This document shows positions 7,056-15,250 of a stretch of DNA of 32,000 bases, piece after piece. The notes beneath the pieces are model-generated. The model ran no database searches. It saw nothing but the letters and a program-made list of their open reading frames with translations, and was not told where the DNA came from. Positions within the stretch are counted from its first letter, which is position 1, and each line of letters begins with the position of its first letter. Source of the stretch: Nostoc sp. PCC 7120 = FACHB-418. Lineage in GTDB: Bacteria; Cyanobacteriota; Cyanobacteriia; Cyanobacteriales; Nostocaceae. Made by a program: the position numbers and the translations under genes. The stretch is taken from positions 4,230,001-4,262,000 of the forward strand of contig NC_003272.1 of the NCBI RefSeq assembly GCF_000009705.1. The letters run 5' to 3'.

Positions 7056-9269
7056 CTATAACTTGGGTAAAATCTCCGGCAACAAATGACCAGGAACTTT
7101 AGATAAAGCCAGATTTTGCCCTTGAATACCTAATTCATTGTGAAAAGCCCGAACGGTTTTGACTACATAAGCAAAAGTTGCTTGATAAGCCTCTGGTTGC
7201 TTACTTAAACCATTTAAGGCTTGTAAATGATTATCTAAAGCTGCTTCTAAGTGATGCGATCGCCTGCCTTTATCTCCACTAAAATAATTATCAGTAACTA
7301 ACTGATAATGGGCGAGTCCCAAGTTATTATGGGTAGCAAATAAATCAAAGCTTAAAGATACATTACTCAAGGAATGGGCGAGAGCGATCGCCTCTTCATA
7401 AGCATTAATACATAAAATCAGTAACTTCTGCCTAACATCTTTAGTAGTTTGCGGTAAATTAGCCAAATGCCAATAAGCCGTACCTAAATTATTTTGAGTT
7501 GCGGCACAAGCATTAGGAACCATCGCCGCCGTGCGATATTTTAAGGCTTCGCTGTAGACATCAATGGCTAACTGGAGATTTTCTCCTGGTTGTTCGTACT
7601 GCGCCAAATTCCAGTAGGCAGTACCGACGTTATTTTGAATCATCCCATATTTGAGGGGTTCATCTTGGGGGTTGTAGTGAGCTAGTGATTGTTTGTAGGA
7701 GGCGATCGCCTTTTTCAAATGCACCACCGGCTGATTATACTGAGCTAAATGCCAATAAGCAGTACCTAAATTATTCTGACAAGCTGCATACTTTAAAGGA
7801 TCTGATTCCACAGTCCGGTGGAGTAAAGCTTTGCTGTAAGATACAACCGCCTGTTGCCAATTCTCCGCCGGACTGGCAAACCGCGCCAAATCACCATAGG
7901 CTGTCCCTAAATTATTATGCACTCGTGCATAAGTATCAGGATGTGTTTCTGGAGAAATTATTTTTAACGCTAACTCATAAAATTCGATTCCCTGCTCAAT
8001 ATAAGTTTGCCCCTCCTCTAAATTGGGTGGTGTGCGATAAAGCATCCAATAGAGAGTACCCAGGTCATTTAAAATATCGGGCAGTTGTGGAGAATTTTCG
8101 TCATAGCTAATAGACTCTTGATAAGCAATAATTGCTACCATCAAGTCTTCTAAAGTTGACTGTCCCTGCTCAATCCGCAGACGATACAAATTTCCTAACT
8201 GATGATACGCCGCCGCCAGTATCTCTCCACTAGCGGATTGTGAGTGTAATTCCTCAATCTCCAAAAGCAGTTCCTGTGGTTGCCAATCATCCTCTGCTTC
8301 TGATGATATTTTTGTATTAATTGTTGCCAGCACCAAGTCCGTTAATTCCTGGCTGACATGAGACAAAGACAAAAGCGATGAACTGTTAGCCGCACTAGAC
8401 CTAACTGTAAGTTCCTGTGGCTTTTGTTGAGTTGGAGGTAATTCCGAAATTAAGGGGGGGGTTTCTTCTTTTGGTTGTGGATGATTCCCTAGTATTTCCG
8501 TGGGTAAGCTTACTTCATCCCCAAAGTTAAACTCTGTGGTGGATGGGCTTCTGACCTCACCTTCCATACTTAATTCGTCTAGGGCAGACTGTTCAAGATT
8601 GCCTAATTTCACACTTCTAGAATTAGAAAAACGTTCTGGATGACCTGAATTTTGAGTTGTTGGGGTAGGTTCACCAGCGAATACAAACACACCAGTTCGC
8701 CAACGCCAAAACTGCGGTGCTGATTGCTGAATAGCTGATAACCAGGGACGCGACACCCATAACAATACACTAGATTCAAGAAATCGGCTGGATTCTTGAG
8801 CAGCAAAAAACTGTTCACTCAAGCGTAGATAGTGCAGAAATAAACGCTGACTAGCTACCGTTTGTTTGGTGAGTTGTTCCACACCTACAAGCTGAAATGT
8901 GGGTATAGGTAAAGGTTTTCCAGGGTTATCTTTAGATGCGCCTACGATTGGTGGTGGATAATTAGCCAACCACTGATTAATTTGAGCAATAGGATTCGGT
9001 TCATTTAAATTCAACCGCAAAGTAACTAGTCTCGGATAAGCCGATGTACTAGCTTCCTTTCCGTCCAATGACTGATATAGCACCTGGCCAACAGGATAAG
9101 CCAAAGTAGAGTGCAGGCGAGCAGCTACTTGATTTCTTAGGTGTAAATCGTCACAGACAGCCAAAAAAAGTTGTCGTCGCAAACCAAGGCTGAGAGCAAG
9201 TTTTAGACGGTGATAGACTTGCCTATTCCAAGTATAATTATCTGAGTGTCCAGTATCATTCACGCTCAT
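7056..9269 (-). CDS. Tetratricopeptide-repeat protein with a non-TPR N-terminal domain and a disordered linker
   Basis: 737 aa. At least 7 TPR units with a recurring NNLGTAYWxLAQY / AIxxYxxAL signature in the C-terminal ~400 aa. The N-terminal ~200 aa carry no motif I recognise. Confidence 0.85.
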   Translation of the reverse strand: MSVNDTGHSDNYTWNRQVYHRLKLALSLGLRRQLFLAVCDDLHLRNQVAARLHSTLAYPVGQVLYQSLDGKEASTSAYPRLVTLRLNLNEPNPIAQINQWLANYPPPIVGASKDNPGKPLPIPTFQLVGVEQLTKQTVASQRLFLHYLRLSEQFFAAQESSRFLESSVLLWVSRPWLSAIQQSAPQFWRWRTGVFVFAGEPTPTTQNSGHPERFSNSRSVKLGNLEQSALDELSMEGEVRSPSTTEFNFGDEVSLPTEILGNHPQPKEETPPLISELPPTQQKPQELTVRSSAANSSSLLSLSHVSQELTDLVLATINTKISSEAEDDWQPQELLLEIEELHSQSASGEILAAAYHQLGNLYRLRIEQGQSTLEDLMVAIIAYQESISYDENSPQLPDILNDLGTLYWMLYRTPPNLEEGQTYIEQGIEFYELALKIISPETHPDTYARVHNNLGTAYGDLARFASPAENWQQAVVSYSKALLHRTVESDPLKYAACQNNLGTAYWHLAQYNQPVVHLKKAIASYKQSLAHYNPQDEPLKYGMIQNNVGTAYWNLAQYEQPGENLQLAIDVYSEALKYRTAAMVPNACAATQNNLGTAYWHLANLPQTTKDVRQKLLILCINAYEEAIALAHSLSNVSLSFDLFATHNNLGLAHYQLVTDNYFSGDKGRRSHHLEAALDNHLQALNGLSKQPEAYQATFAYVVKTVRAFHNELGIQGQNLALSKVPGHLLPEILPKL

Positions 9270-9296
9270 GGCGGCTTAAGAGCCAAGTACTATGGA

Positions 9297-9357
9297 GGAT
9301 TGGGGATTGGGGAAGGTGGGGCCCCCTCTGGGGATAAGGGGTAATGGGGATTGGGAA
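9297..9357 (+). repeat. Degenerate GGGGATT-type array with seven G-tracts
   Basis: ggattggggattggggaaggtggggccccctctggggataaggggtaatggggattggg. Lies 28-88 nt upstream of the TPR gene ATG, on the opposite strand. Confidence 0.85.
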
Positions 9358-9523
9358 AATCTTTATCTTATTGATTCATCTTTCTCTCTTTCTATTAACA
9401 GTCAATAATCTGACTGCGTAAGTCCTAACTATAATCAGAAGGTTGATACCCTGCTCAGGATAAATTGAGGATTGTTATACTTATTAAAACTTGCGTACAA
9501 TTACATAGAATTATTTTTACGCT

Positions 9524-9559
9524 AAAAAATAAAAACAGGTTCTCAAAAAATTAGAACCT
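9524..9559 (-). terminator. Rho-independent terminator candidate for the small ORF at 9597..9776
   Basis: On the minus strand: stem aggttct / agaacct (7 bp), a 9-nt loop, then GTTTTTATTTTTT. Confidence 0.55.
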
Positions 9560-9596
9560 GAAGTAATGATAAATAAATTTGTTAAATGTTTTATGC

Positions 9597-9776
9597 TCAA
9601 CTGACGCTAGAAACAGAGAAGGCGACGAAAATTAAACCGCCAACCAAAATTGTGGCGGCAACTCCTAAAATAACGTAATTACGCTTTTGCCCTGCTGTGG
9701 GAGGTTCTGCTTGATAAACTTTTGGCTCCCTGGCAAAATTATTTAGAAGTCCGCCTTCTTCGTTTGTATAGGGCAT
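9597..9776 (-). CDS. 59-aa single-TM protein, Psb34 / Ssl1498-like (light-harvesting-like family) candidate
   Basis: Absent from the ORF track, which lists nothing under 60 aa. My translation is MPYTNEEGGLLNNFAREPKVYQAEPPTAGQKRNYVILGVAATILVGGLIFVAFSVSSVS. AAGGAA lies 8 nt upstream of the ATG and a terminator follows. The GGxLNNFAxEPK block plus a C-terminal TM helix matches my memory of the Psb34 family. Confidence 0.6.
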   Translation of the reverse strand: MPYTNEEGGLLNNFAREPKVYQAEPPTAGQKRNYVILGVAATILVGGLIFVAFSVSSVS

Positions 9777-9894
9777 GAATTATTTCCTTAGCTCTGATTA
9801 TTTTATTTAATCTTATAAAGACCTATATCTTTTACTCACACAATCAGAGATAAATCGTTACATTTGGTCAGTTTTCAGTTGTGAGCCAGTGACG

Positions 9895-10008
9895 GGTACG
9901 TAGGGGGTTTCCCCATGTTGGCGTAAGCCTTTCCCTAAGGGTGCAACTGGCGTTAGCGTTCGCGCAGCGTCTCGTAGAGAGGAACGAGCATCACCCGAAG
10001 GGTGAATT
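9895..10008. repeat. Cluster of Nostoc-type short dispersed repeats (SDR/MITE-like)
   Basis: Contains gcgttcgcgcagcgtctcgtagaga-type modules and small hairpins (gggggtttcccc, cacccgaagggtg). Related modules occur at 12105..12215 and 29528..29674. Confidence 0.7.
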
Positions 10009-10023
10009 GTCATTACTTATTGG

Positions 10024-10064
10024 TCAATAGTCCATATGGACTATTGACTATTGACTATTGACTA
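10024..10064. repeat. Perfect 24-bp palindrome tcaatagtcca-ta-tggactattga, merging into a CTATTGA x3 heptamer array
   Basis: Read directly. The palindrome ends 14 nt 3' of the thiO-thiG stop, and the array runs into that stop codon. Confidence 0.9.
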
Positions 10065-12020
10065 ACTAATCGTACCTGTGACTGGTGAGCTAGCACTGGC
10101 ATAGGTTTTCATGGGCATTCTACCTGCGAGGTAGGCTAGACGACCGGCAACTGTTGCGAGGTTCATGGCTTGAGCCATTGCGGCTGGGTTTTGAGCAAGG
10201 GCGATCGCACTATTAATCAATAGGGCATCTGCCCCTAATTCCATCGCCTGGGAGGCTTCTGAGGGCGCACCAATGCCAGCATCTACCACTACAGGGATCT
10301 TGGCATTTTCGATGATAATTTGAATGTTGGCGGTGGTTTTTAAACCCTGTCCTGAGCCAATGGGTGACGCTAATGGCATGACTGTAGCACAGCCGACATC
10401 TTCCAAATGCTTGGCTAGCATGGGGTCGGCATTGATATAAGGTAAGACAGCGAAACCTTCTTTCACTAACTGTTCGGCGGCTTGTAATGTACCAATGGGG
10501 TCGGGAAGTAAATACTTAGGGTCTGGTATAACTTCTAACTTGACAAAATTATTATCTTCTTGACCTAATAACTTAGCCATTTCTCTTCCCAAACGAGCCA
10601 CACGAATGGCTTCTTCTGCGGTTTGACAGCCAGCTGTATTCGGCAACATCCAAATTTTTGACCAGTCCAGGGCTTCGGCTAAACCTTCATGGCCTGGGGT
10701 TTTGGTTTGGACTCGCCGCACCGCCACCGTGACAATTTCGCAACCGCTAGCAACAACACTTTGCTGCATTTCTTCTATGCTGCGATATTTGCCTGTCCCT
10801 GTCATCAAACGGGAATGAAAGGATTTGCCTGCGATGATGAGGGGTGAGTCTAGAGTGGGGAGTGGGGGGTTTTTGGTGTGTCCGTTAGAAAAGTTGGCGG
10901 AGTGGGTCAACATGGGGATGGTAGATGCCTGTTTTTGGCTGCGTGAATAGTGGAAATGGGACAGTAGGGGGTCAGATTTTTGTTCTACGATTAAATCGGC
11001 TATAAGTGCGGCGGTTATTGGTGCTAGCAAGATGCCGTTACGATAATGACCAGTAGCTAAAGTTAAATTGGGACAGTGACTAGTGCCTAGTATAGGTAAT
11101 TCATCTGGAGTGGCTGGACGGAAGCCCCACCAAAACTCTTGAATGGGATAGTCCTGTAACTGAGGATAGAGACGAATTGCGCCTTGGAGTAAAGTTTGAA
11201 TGCCGGCGGGGGTGTTGTGAGGAGTAAAGCCGACATCTTCACTTGTTGCCCCAACAATAATAGAGCGCTCACGTCTCGGTACAATGTAAATATTTTTGCC
11301 AAATAAAACCCGCTTTAAAGGCAATTCCGGTACAGACTCCGGCACACGCAGGCGTAACATTTGCCCTTTGCGAGGGGTTACGGGTAAGGGTAATAATTCA
11401 TTGGCCCAAGCACCTGTAGCTAAAACATAGTGTTCAGCCCGAATGATGCCGGTGTTGGTTTGGACACCTACTACCTGTCCCTGCTGTTGTAATAATCCTT
11501 CTACTGTAATTCCGTCTTTAAGTTCCACACCAAGGCTTTCCGCCGCAGCCCATAGCACACGCGCTAGTGCTTGGTTATTCACTTGGGCATCCTCTGGATA
11601 CCACCAACCACCAACCACATCCTCACCTAACCCTGGTTGGTATTGATGAATAGCGGCTTTTTCTAACCAATAAGCAGGTGATTCTCCTTCACCCTCCTGC
11701 ACCCTAACACCCTTGCTCTCCTGCCCTTCATAAATTGGCGCTAGGATGCCACAAGGCCAGTAACCAGTGTTTAAACCCGTTAAATCTTCTAACTTGCTTG
11801 TCCATTCGGAATATAAAGAACGCGATCGCCAGCATAGCGACTTCATCGCTCCATCTGTGATTTGTTCGGCATCGGGGGCTAACATCCCGGCGGCGGCGTG
11901 AGCAGCAGCAGCCTGGAAATCACGACAAATCACGGTGACTTCTGCCCCGCGCAATTTAAGTTCAACGGCGATCGCCAGACCAATAACGCCGCCACCAATA
12001 ATTACAATGTCCCTAGTCAT
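10062..12020 (-). CDS. thiG: Bifunctional glycine oxidase ThiO / thiazole synthase ThiG fusion
   Basis: The N-terminal ~370 aa form an FAD-dependent oxidase ([15 protein letters not shown] dinucleotide fold, [10 protein letters not shown]). The C-terminal ~260 aa match ThiG ([34 protein letters not shown]). Confidence 0.9.
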   Translation of the reverse strand: MTRDIVIIGGGVIGLAIAVELKLRGAEVTVICRDFQAAAAHAAAGMLAPDAEQITDGAMKSLCWRSRSLYSEWTSKLEDLTGLNTGYWPCGILAPIYEGQESKGVRVQEGEGESPAYWLEKAAIHQYQPGLGEDVVGGWWYPEDAQVNNQALARVLWAAAESLGVELKDGITVEGLLQQQGQVVGVQTNTGIIRAEHYVLATGAWANELLPLPVTPRKGQMLRLRVPESVPELPLKRVLFGKNIYIVPRRERSIIVGATSEDVGFTPHNTPAGIQTLLQGAIRLYPQLQDYPIQEFWWGFRPATPDELPILGTSHCPNLTLATGHYRNGILLAPITAALIADLIVEQKSDPLLSHFHYSRSQKQASTIPMLTHSANFSNGHTKNPPLPTLDSPLIIAGKSFHSRLMTGTGKYRSIEEMQQSVVASGCEIVTVAVRRVQTKTPGHEGLAEALDWSKIWMLPNTAGCQTAEEAIRVARLGREMAKLLGQEDNNFVKLEVIPDPKYLLPDPIGTLQAAEQLVKEGFAVLPYINADPMLAKHLEDVGCATVMPLASPIGSGQGLKTTANIQIIIENAKIPVVVDAGIGAPSEASQAMELGADALLINSAIALAQNPAAMAQAMNLATVAGRLAYLAGRMPMKTYASASSPVTGTIS

Positions 12021-12104
12021 TAGTCATTAGTATTTATATATTAGCTATTTACCATTAGTACATAACTAATAACTCATAACTTGTAACCAACGACTAGTAC
12101 AAGT

Positions 12105-12215
12105 AGGGGTGAATTCAAAATACCCTGCGGGTACTCTGCGAGAACCCCTTTGGCGAACGCGGTAGCGTTCCGTTCGCGCGAGCGTTGCGTAGCAAAGGAA
12201 AGCTAAAGCTACAAA
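12105..12215. repeat. Cluster of Nostoc-type short dispersed repeats
   Basis: gaattcaaaataccctgcgggtactctgcgag matches the reverse complement of 29610..29665. tactctgcgag is shared with 29607..29620. Confidence 0.7.
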
Positions 12216-12264
12216 ATTCAAAAATATGAACGCCCCGCTACCACTCACAGCACTCAGCACTCCA

Positions 12265-12729
12265 TTACCACAAAGCACGAATTGGTTCTTTTGCTTGGTT
12301 GGTGTCACTAGATACGGTGTCTCTTGATTGAACTTCTGTAGTACTAGTATCTGATGTATTGTCAGGAGATGATGAATCAGTGGAATTGTTATTTTGAGCC
12401 ACACTAGTTCTGTTACCAGTGGATCTGCGCTCTTCCTGATTGCTGTTGCCTCTTTCTTCAGTATTAGTGTTGAAATTATCTTGCGCTACACCACTTCTGT
12501 TTTCATTGGTAGTAGCATTGGTGCGATTGCGATTGGCAGAGGAGCTATTAACATTAATGTTAGCTGGGAGTACTTTCGATGCTTTGCCTCCTGGAGCATT
12601 ATTACTAGTTGAAGTATTGTTACTAGCTGTTTGTTGCTGGCCGCCCATTGGGAAGTTAATGCCTAGCAATGTTCCCATGAGAATTGCCAAGCCTCCGGCC
12701 ATAAGAATTAGCGGTGTCCATCTACCCAT
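12265..12729 (-). CDS. Membrane-anchored Asn/Ser/Thr-rich low-complexity protein (hypothetical)
   Basis: Strong AAGGAG 7 nt upstream of the ATG. N-terminal TM helix WTPLILMAGGLAILMGTLLGI. Internal duplicated motif NRSGVAQDN / NRTSVAQNN. Sits 20 nt downstream of the ferredoxin-like gene on the same strand. Confidence 0.55.
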   Translation of the reverse strand: MGRWTPLILMAGGLAILMGTLLGINFPMGGQQQTASNNTSTSNNAPGGKASKVLPANINVNSSSANRNRTNATTNENRSGVAQDNFNTNTEERGNSNQEERRSTGNRTSVAQNNNSTDSSSPDNTSDTSTTEVQSRDTVSSDTNQAKEPIRALW

Positions 12730-12749
12730 CTTGATTTCTCCTTGTTAAC

Positions 12750-13088
12750 CTAACCTTCTGGTTGCCACACTAGCTGAGAACCTTGACCCCAAAATCCGTC
12801 AAATTTTGTTATCTTCACATCACCTAATACCTGAGTCTGACAAGCTAAACGCAGGTCTTTTGTAGGAGAATGAGGAGGAAGCGAACGCCGTGCTTGATCT
12901 CGCCAATTCGCCACAGACACTTCACCTTCTACTTGGACAGCACAGGTACCACAACTACCAATACCCCGACAGTTTATTACCTTAGCACCGCTATTGTAGA
13001 GGTCAATACCACTTTTTAGCAGAACTTTGCGTAAATTCTCTCCGCGATCGCACTCAATTGTTTTACCCTGAGCTAATACCTTAGGCAT
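12750..13088 (-). CDS. 2Fe-2S ferredoxin-like protein
   Basis: 112 aa. Cys pattern C40-x5-C46-x2-C49 ... C83 (CRGIGSCGTCAV ... LACQ). Confidence 0.8.
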   Translation of the reverse strand: MPKVLAQGKTIECDRGENLRKVLLKSGIDLYNSGAKVINCRGIGSCGTCAVQVEGEVSVANWRDQARRSLPPHSPTKDLRLACQTQVLGDVKITKFDGFWGQGSQLVWQPEG

Positions 13089-13163
13089 ATTTTAATCAGC
13101 AAACTGGCGTTTTGTTGTATCTTGGCACATTGCCTTTACAGTTGTCTCCAAAGTCTTAGTCTT

Positions 13164-14798
13164 ATGACCAAAAATCCCTCACCCCACATTTGGCTTTATG
13201 ACACCACACTACGGGATGGCACTCAGCGCGAAGGGCTATCAATTTCTACAGAAGACAAGCTACGCATTGCCCACAGACTCGATCAACTAGGGATTCCCTT
13301 CATTGAAGGTGGATGGCCAGGAGCCAACCCTAAGGATGTTCAATTTTTCTGGCAACTTCACGAAGATCCGCTCAAACATTCACAAATTGTTGCATTTTGT
13401 TCAACTCGCCGCCCTCATACTCATGCCGCAGATGAACCAATGCTCCAAGATATCCTGGCTGCGGGTTCTAGCTGGGTGACAATTTTTGGCAAATCCTGGG
13501 ATTTACACGTCACAACAGGTCTAAAAACTACTTTAGAAGAAAACTTGGCAATGATCCGCGATACTATCGAGTTTTTTCGCTCTCAAGGGCGATGCGTGAT
13601 CTATGATGCTGAACACTGGTTTGATGGCTATAAGCACAACCGAGATTATGCTTTACAGACCCTCAAGGCAGCAATGACAGCCGGTGCAGAATGGTTAGTC
13701 CTCTGTGATACGAATGGCGGTACTTTACCTCACGAAGTTAGCCAGATTGTTCAAGATGTTGTCGAGGTGACTAGGGAAGATTTGACCCAATTACCAATAC
13801 CCCAAATCGGTATTCATACTCATAATGATTCAGATATGGCTGTTGCCAATGCTTTAGCAGCAGTAATGGCAGGGGCGACAATGGTACAAGGTACTATCAA
13901 CGGTTATGGCGAACGTTGTGGGAATGCTAATTTATGTTCATTAATTCCTAATCTACAACTGAAATTAGGGTATAGCTGTATCACAGAACACCAGCTAGGA
14001 CAACTAGCAGAAGCCAGCCGATTTGTGAGTGAAGTGGTAAATCTTGCCCCTGATGAACACGCTCCTTTTGTGGGACGTTCGGCTTTTGCTCACAAAGGTG
14101 GTATTCATGTCTCCGCCGTGGAACGTAATCCCCTAACTTATGAACACATTCAGCCGGAACAAGTGGGGAACCGCCGCCGGATTGTCATTTCTGAACAAGC
14201 GGGGATTAGTAATGTGTTAGCTAAAGCCCGGACTTTTGGCATTGAACTCGACAAGCAAACACCAGAAGCCAAGCAAATTCTTCAGCGCCTCAAGGAATTA
14301 GAAAGTGAAGGATATCAATTTGAAGCAGCCGAAGCGAGTTTTGCTTTATTGATGTATGAAGCTTTGGGCGGAAGACAGCAGTTTTTTGAAGTTAAAGGCT
14401 TTCAAGTCCACTGTGATTTAGTGGAAGGCAAAGAAATGACCAATGCTTTAGCGACGGTGAAAGTCGCGGTGAATGGTAAGAACATTTTAGAAGCTGCCGA
14501 AGGTAATGGGCCAGTAGCAGCCTTAGATGCAGCGTTACGCAAAGCTTTAGTCAACTTCTATCCCCAACTTGCCACCTTTGAGTTAACAGATTACAAAGTG
14601 CGGATTCTCGACGGTCACACAGGCACTTCTGCCAAAACCCGTGCCTTAGTCGAATCAGGCAATGGTTATCAACGCTGGACAACGGTTGGCGTTTCACCGA
14701 ACATTTTGGCAGCTTCCTATCAAGCGGTTGTCGAAGGTTTGGAATATGGTCTGTTATTACACGCCCAAGCAGAAGCCGCAGTAAAAGCGTCTGGTTAA
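13164..14798 (+). CDS. cimA: (R)-citramalate synthase (LeuA/CimA family)
   Basis: The tracked ORF starts at a non-ATG codon at 13122. I prefer the ATG at 13164 (MTKNPSP...). LYDTTLRDGTQREG, HTHND, GTINGYGERCGN, and a C-terminal LeuA-dimer-type regulatory domain. The CimA versus LeuA choice rests on the N-terminal motif and the length. Confidence 0.8.
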   Translation: MTKNPSPHIWLYDTTLRDGTQREGLSISTEDKLRIAHRLDQLGIPFIEGGWPGANPKDVQFFWQLHEDPLKHSQIVAFCSTRRPHTHAADEPMLQDILAAGSSWVTIFGKSWDLHVTTGLKTTLEENLAMIRDTIEFFRSQGRCVIYDAEHWFDGYKHNRDYALQTLKAAMTAGAEWLVLCDTNGGTLPHEVSQIVQDVVEVTREDLTQLPIPQIGIHTHNDSDMAVANALAAVMAGATMVQGTINGYGERCGNANLCSLIPNLQLKLGYSCITEHQLGQLAEASRFVSEVVNLAPDEHAPFVGRSAFAHKGGIHVSAVERNPLTYEHIQPEQVGNRRRIVISEQAGISNVLAKARTFGIELDKQTPEAKQILQRLKELESEGYQFEAAEASFALLMYEALGGRQQFFEVKGFQVHCDLVEGKEMTNALATVKVAVNGKNILEAAEGNGPVAALDAALRKALVNFYPQLATFELTDYKVRILDGHTGTSAKTRALVESGNGYQRWTTVGVSPNILAASYQAVVEGLEYGLLLHAQAEAAVKASG

Positions 14799-14851
14799 TT
14801 GGTCATTGGTCATTGGTTAAAATCTTACCCATTACCCATTACCCATTGCCC
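14799..14851. repeat. Tandem heptamers TTGGTCA x2.7 (STRR2-type), then TTACCCA x3.5
   Basis: Read directly. The minus strand reads GGG-CAAT-GGG-TAAT-GGG-TAAT-GGG, starting 4 nt after the stop of the minus-strand ORF 14856..15089. Confidence 0.9.
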
Positions 14852-14855
14852 AACC

Positions 14856-15089
14856 TTATGTAAAACTCTCCCATGCCTGGGTAACGAGTTTACTTAACCA
14901 ACGGCGTTGTTGTTGGTCTAGTAATTGGTCATCTGCTAGCAATTGGGCTGTTAAGTCTTCTAATGATTGACCTTGCGATCGCACTATTTTTATCACTCCG
15001 GCGATCGCAGAGGCAACTAACTCTTCATCTACACGCTGTTGTTTTAAAGCAAAAATTTCTTGTGGGCTGTCTGGAATGGGATAATTCAT
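14856..15089 (-). CDS. Hypothetical 77-aa protein
   Basis: ATG-initiated ORF in an otherwise empty gap, divergent from the cruA-like gene. No motif recognised. Confidence 0.4.
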   Translation of the reverse strand: MNYPIPDSPQEIFALKQQRVDEELVASAIAGVIKIVRSQGQSLEDLTAQLLADDQLLDQQQRRWLSKLVTQAWESFT

Positions 15090-15250
15090 GGCGTAGGTTT
15101 ATAAAATTTCAAAATGGACAAAAAAAATTGACAAATTATTAAAAATTCTTTACCGAATCTTTATAGAAACCGATAGGGCGGAGTTTATCGTACTTACTGC
15201 CTTTCGCATATCTGTCTTGGTGAGTAGATTGACGGAGATGTCAGGAAAAC

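Noticed and set aside
12105-12200. TPP-riboswitch-like string on the plus strand (aggggtg ... ctgcgagaacccctttgg ... gcgtagcaaaggaaag) next to the thiazole gene.
   Set aside because: It is on the wrong strand relative to thiO-thiG, and no plus-strand gene follows it. The core CUGAGA and ACCUGAUCUGG blocks are not matched. The tactctgcgag module recurs at 29607-29620 inside another dispersed repeat.
12066-12748. Overlapping ORFs 12066..12404 (-), 12394..12612 (+) and 12440..12748 (+).
   Set aside because: They arise from compositional skew of the Asn/Ser/Thr-rich gene and from the dispersed-repeat cluster. Only 12265..12729 has a strong AAGGAG and a TM-helix N-terminus.
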